This document shows positions 58,301-64,000 of a DNA stretch of 64,000 bases, in pieces; the first letter of the stretch is position 1, and every line of letters begins with the position of its first letter. The translations under genes were made by a program, and so were the position numbers. The stretch lies in NCBI GenBank assembly GCA_951406725.2, contig OX597831.1:39060001-39124000 (forward strand). Direction: 5' to 3'. This stretch comes from Octopus vulgaris. Taxonomy: Eukaryota. The notes under the pieces are model-generated. The model was given only the letters and a program-made list of their open reading frames with translations, was not told the origin of the DNA and searched no databases.

Positions 58301-58752
58301 TAGATATAATGAGCAGTAGGAAATGAGGTTAAGCATTTTGTCCAAATACCAAAACACAGACAGGTTCCCGCCTTAATAATGATTATTTTCTGTGCAGGAG
58401 TGGCTGCGTAATAAGAAGCTTGCTTCCAAACCGCATGTCTCCGGGTTCAGTCCCACTGCGTGGAACCTTGGGCAAGTGTCTTCTACTATAGCTTTGAGTG
58501 GAGCACAGCCTTGTGATAGGATTTGGTAGGCGGAAAATGAAAGAAGACCTCCGTGTCATCCTAAGCAGCATTTGAACTCAAAACCTAGAAACGGGCGTAA
58601 TGTCACTAAGCATATTGGCATCCGCACCTAAATATTCAAGAAAATAATGACTGCAATAATTGTACGACGGTAATGTATTCATTCTTACAACGCTTTGGCA
58701 TACTTGAACGTGAATAAGAATATATATATATATATGTGTGTGTATATATATG

Positions 58753-58793
<41 letters not shown>

Positions 58794-60480
58794 GTGTATA
58801 TATATATGTATATATATGTGTGTGTGTCTGTGTATATATATATATATATGTGTGTATATATATATATATGTATATATATGTATATATATATATATGTATA
58901 TAAATATATATGTATATATATATGTATATATATGTATATATATATGTATATATATGTATCTATATATATATATATGTATATATATATATGTATATATATA
59001 TATGTATATATATACATGTATATATACATATATATATATATACATATACACGTATATATATGCCTATATATGACACAGCTTGGATTTTTGCTGTTTTGCA
59101 TGTAGCTCATGAATTATGGAACACTTTTATGAATACCTGCGAGCATTTCATGAATTATAAATGTGAAAATATTTTCGTGAGCCAATGAGTTCGCTCTCAC
59201 TGCAAAAAAGAGCAACTAAAGCTCGCTGAGGTTTCAATTGTGTTTAAAATAGAATAACGTGTTTGATAATGTGCTCCTGAGTTTACTATACCCATGAAAC
59301 GAACAAGATAGTCACGGATGGAATGTGGTGCTGAATGCAGAACATAGGCCTGCACGATCAGCACTAACTAGAGATTAACAGTACTGATAAGGGTTTCTAA
59401 CTTTGGTACAAGGAAGACGGGGTCAGTCGATCGCATCATCCCCGGTGTTCAAGTGGTACTTATTTTATCGATCCCGAAAGAATAAAAGACAAACTCGACA
59501 CCTGCAGAATTTGACCTCAGAACGTAAGTTCGGATGAAATACCGTCACGCATTTCTCTCGATGTGTCAAACATTCTGCCAGTTCGCCGCTCTTAGTACGT
59601 TTTCTTATAGGTACGTGGCCTCAGATGTTGGGTGAAATGAATAATAAATTACCTGAACCTCAGTATTCAACCGGTACTTATTTTATCGAAATGAAAGACC
59701 CGGGCAACTGTAGCGGGATTTGAGCACAGAAGGTAGAGACTGAACTAAACGTTTTGTTCAGCATGCTAACATTTCTGTCGGATCGCTGCCTTTCAGCAGC
59801 TGATAAATACAGCAATGTAGCTATTTCCTTACGGACTTTCAGGCAGAGACACATTTCCATAAGATGATCGATGAGTTTTAATATGGTTGTGAAGAATGGA
59901 TAGCTCCTTTGTCATGTGGCTCCTGATTCTAACTCCAATAGCACATCGACAATTGCAATCCCTGACAGCCATCCCACTGAAAACTATTCTTTAGATAGAA
60001 TTAATTCACTGACAGGAGCAATATTAAGGCTATACTCAGAATGTTTGCAGTGAAGTAAAGTGGCATGGCAATGCATCCCTTTACTGACATTTTGTGGATT
60101 GGATTGTTCTGCAAGTAAGATGTTGAGATGGCTGAATTGTTAGCACGCCGGCCAAAACGCTAAGTGGCATGATGTTCGTCTTTACGTTGTGGGGTCAAAT
60201 TCCGCCGAGGTTTACTTTGTGTTTCAGCCTCTTAAGCTCGATAAAATAAGTATCATTCCAACAGGTTTGGTGGCGGGGAATTGATGCGATCGACATACCT
60301 CTTCCCCATACAAATTGTGCTGACCTTGTGGCAAAATTTAAAAACCATTCCGGGGTGTAAGAAGTCCGCTTCAGAACCATGTGGTTTTGAGTAGTGTCAC
60401 CTGCTTTGTAATTTCTGCTCGAATCTTTTGCTGTAGTCTCGTGTACGCCAATGCTGTGTGAATGGCTTTGGTCGGCAGAA

Positions 60481-60708
60481 GGTGGCGAGCTGGCAGAAAC
60501 GTTAGCACGCCGGGCGAAATGCTTAGATTCGTCTGCAGTTAGATTCTGAGTTCAAATTCCGCTGAAGTCGATTTTGTCTTCCATTCTTTCGGGGTCGATA
60601 AATTAAGTACCAGTTGCTCACCGGGGTCGCTGTAATCAATTTAATCCGTTTGTCTGCCCTTGCTGGTCCTCTCTATGTTTATCCCTTTTGAGCAATAAAG
60701 AAATAAGA
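60481..60708 (+). mobile_element. SINE family S3
   Basis: Collinear with 58074-58300. Confidence 0.85.
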
Positions 60709-60924
60709 AACTTTGCGCAAGTCCGTCGTGTATATATATATATATTGAGAGAGAGAGAGAGAGAGAGACAGAGAGAGAAAGACAGACAGACAGACAGACA
60801 GACAAGTAATATTCGGAACCACTTTAAAAACAGCGTCTGTGTGTTCGCTTGAAATACATATATATATATATTGCGTGCAGAAGCGAGCTGCTATCATCAC
60901 TAGCAGATGAGGTGTCCAGTACTA

Positions 60925-61045
60925 AAGCCTCGTGGAGCTCTAGGTGTTTTCGCTCAATAATCAATCAGAATGCTCGGTCTGGGAATTGAAACCGCGATCC
61001 TACGACTGCGAGTCCGCTGCTCTAACCACTTGGGCATTGCTCCTC
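60925..61045 (-). mobile_element. SINE family S1 head fragment
   Basis: Reverse complement of the S1 tRNA-like head. Confidence 0.75.
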
Positions 61046-62056
61046 TACACACACACACGCACACACACAAACACACAAAAGCACTATATTTTGTTGTATA
61101 TATGTGAGAGGTGTGAGTGTCTTTTCTCACTGATTAATAATTGATGCTGGTATATATACCCGTAACTTAAATGTTTGACAAAACACCCGCATAGATTAAA
61201 TACAAGACTTGCAAATGTGTACTGGGTGAGGTTCTCTCGACTTCATCATTTAAAGAAAATGATTTGTTAACCCACCTGAAAACGAACACAGAATGTTTGA
61301 GTTGAATTACAGTAGTATGGCAATATATCTCTCCTTCTATACATTTTATTGTTATTTTATTGCTTGCCACAGAGACTACTTTTGTAAAGAAAAAAAGGCC
61401 TATACATAATCAGTAGATCAGATACAAATAACAGACAAATTTCAATATAATCTTATCTAGAACCCAGTGGAGAATCAACTCCTGAATAAACAAAGAAAAT
61501 ACAAGATGGTCACGGCTAGAACGCCTTTGGTCATAGATCTACATTATCAACGCTCACTTGAATTTAAACATTATCAATAACTCAACAACAAGAACTGCAC
61601 CCACATTTAGTCTTACAGCCTTCCCTACTTTCCTGAAATAGCAAGCTAATAAAATCCAACCTCAAATGAAGAACTGTATTTTTTTGTTTTTAATTTCATA
61701 TGAAGTCTAAATTGGTTTGACTGCATTAAACAGCGTGGCTTTCTTAGCGAGATTGGAGGGCAACAGTGATGTTTTCTGCTTCAGTACACGTCAATGCGCG
61801 TGCACATGTCCAGTAAGAAATTCTTGGAACTTGAGTCATGACAAGAATTCAGTAATCTATGCCACTAGCTATTTAGTTTCCTCCAAAGACGGAGATAAGA
61901 AAAGGGTTCTGGTGTAAACGAGCTGATCACGTGAAAGCCAGCTGTTTAAATATGCAAGGCAATCATTATGACAGTCGGCATAGAAATCTATTCGCTCACT
62001 AAATCCTGCCTGTGTTTGTCATTCGACATGTATACATTTAGATATATATATGGTTG

Positions 62057-62145
<89 letters not shown>

Positions 62146-62146
62146 G

Positions 62147-62190
<44 letters not shown>

Positions 62191-62193
<3 letters not shown>

Positions 62194-62400
62194 TAGTTTT
62201 ATTTTTATATCGTGCTTTCACTTCACTACCGAGCGCAGCTCTGTGTGCCTTGGGTATGTGCTGTGATTTGTTGTGATGCTCTGATGGTTATTGTATGGAA
62301 AGTGTTCTGCGTAGGATGTGTGCAGTGCCTAGTAGTGCAATTTTAGGTATGTTTGTAAGTCCTGGTGTTTTTGTTAAGTATTTGTCTGAATATTTTTTTT
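62191..62400 (-). mobile_element. 5'-truncated 3' end of an R4/Dong-like (RLE) non-LTR retrotransposon in (TAA)n
   Basis: Minus strand encodes KKYSDKYLTKTPGLTNIPKIALLGTAHILRRTLSIQ* (stop at 62288-62290), resembling the R4-clade C-terminus. A ~100-nt 3' UTR ends in aataaaactactg-(AAT)n, and (TAA)n lies on both sides. Confidence 0.8.
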
Positions 62401-62435
62401 TATATTATTTTTTTATTATTATTATTTTATTATTA

Positions 62436-62550
<115 letters not shown>

Positions 62551-62552
62551 TG

Positions 62553-63180
62553 TTGAGTGAGAGAGCAGTGCATGCCATCAAAGTGACACTGGAGTAAAAT
62601 ATACGAAGCCCAGTATACCCATCATGAATACCCGTCTGATAAGAGTACACCATGTACATGCATCACAACCATATATGCGTGACATGATTTCATATCAAGA
62701 TAAACAGCACATGACCTTGCAGGTGGACCCCAATTAGAATTTTTTTCTGGTCGAATAGCCCCACCCGCTCAAAAGGATTGTTTAAGGATGCTGAATGTAC
62801 CACCCATGTTTCCAAAGGTGAATTATCCAAACCTCAAAGAATCCCTCTCAACACATGGCTATGATGCTCCCCCACTACTTCTGCTCCTGATCAGAGATGC
62901 ACATATCGTCAGCCACTAAGGGACAAGCTCAACTGGTTAAGGTTAAACAAATGACAAGCAAATCTTTGGTATTGAGCAGAATATTTGCTGTAGTACATTT
63001 TTTATACCAAGACAAAACAATGTACACGATAACACTTCCAATCAGTTAAGATCAGAAACCATGAGAGCCACTGTCTGGTACTGCATCAAGGCATAGAAAC
63101 TGCCTGGTACTGCATCAGGGCATAGAAACTGCCTAGTACTGCATCAGGGCATAGCCACTGCCTGGTACTGCATCAGGGCA
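62553..63180. mobile_element. Non-coding 630-bp insertion in (TAA)n with terminal 29-bp tandem repeats
   Basis: Sharp boundaries in a TTA tract; four copies of ctgcctggtactgcatcagggca(tagaaa) at 63071-63180. Confidence 0.6.
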
Positions 63181-63197
63181 CTTATTATTATTATTAA

Positions 63198-63264
<67 letters not shown>

Positions 63265-63276
63265 GTTATTATTATT

Positions 63277-63405
63277 CAGTAGTTTTATTTTTATAGCGTG
63301 CTTTCACTTCACTACCGAGCGCAGCTCTGTGTGCCTTGGGTATGTGCTGCGATTTGTTGTGATGCTCTGATGGTTATTGTATGGAAAGCGTTTACTATTA
63401 TTATT

Positions 63406-63437
<32 letters not shown>

Positions 63438-63475
63438 CGTCGTCGTCGTCGTCATCATCATCATCATTATTATTA

Positions 63476-63531
<56 letters not shown>

Positions 63532-63553
63532 GTTATTATTATTATTATTATTA

Positions 63554-63624
<71 letters not shown>

Positions 63625-63646
63625 GTTATTATTATTATTATTATTA

Positions 63647-63683
<37 letters not shown>

Positions 63684-63721
63684 CATTATTATTATTATTA
63701 TTGTTATTATTATTATTATTA

Positions 63722-63773
<52 letters not shown>

Positions 63774-64000
63774 GTTATTATTATTCAGTAGTTTTATTTT
63801 TATAGCGTGCTTTCACTTCACTACCGAGCGCAGCTCTGTGTGCCTTGGGTATGTGCTGCGATTTGTTGTGATGCTCTGATGGTTATTGTATGGAAAGCGT
63901 TTACTATTATTATTATTGTTGTTGTTGTTGTTGTTGTCGTCGTCGTCGTCGTCGTCGTCATCATCATCATCATTATTATTATTTTTATTATTATTATTAT
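63277..64000 (-). repeat. 509-bp tandem unit: R4/Dong-like 3' end plus compound trinucleotide microsatellite
   Basis: 63277-63391 and 63786-63900 are identical, truncated at the same base and followed by the same TTA/TTG/GTC/ATC series. Confidence 0.85.

Noticed and set aside
63071-63180. CRISPR-like 29-bp repeats
   Set aside because: Contiguous tandem units with no spacers, eukaryotic context and no cas genes.

Overview
AT-rich, repeat-saturated eukaryotic non-coding DNA (large intron or intergenic). The repeat families look like those of an octopod cephalopod (Octopus sp.); this is inferred from recalled repeat sequences, not from a search. I can support no intact host protein-coding gene, and nearly all listed ORFs are microsatellite or SINE translations. 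Contents: (i) dozens of tRNA-derived SINE copies from at least four families, two of them young, near-identical and with target-site duplications; (ii) three internally deleted mariner elements with TIRs; (iii) 3' ends of an R4/Dong-like non-LTR element embedded in (TAA)n; (iv) a decayed LINE ORF1-like segment; (v) probable Helitron ends; (vi) many Penelope-type pseudo-LTR relics. The most interesting signal is about 15 minimal type-I hammerhead ribozyme motifs from several unrelated repeat families. One has an intact core and one family consistently carries a non-canonical core. There is also a recurring foldback architecture in which a tRNA B-box fragment sits in the loop between inverted copies of the element body, suggesting tRNA-headed SINE-like elements moved by Penelope-type machinery. 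All coordinates were read by eye and may be off by a few bases.
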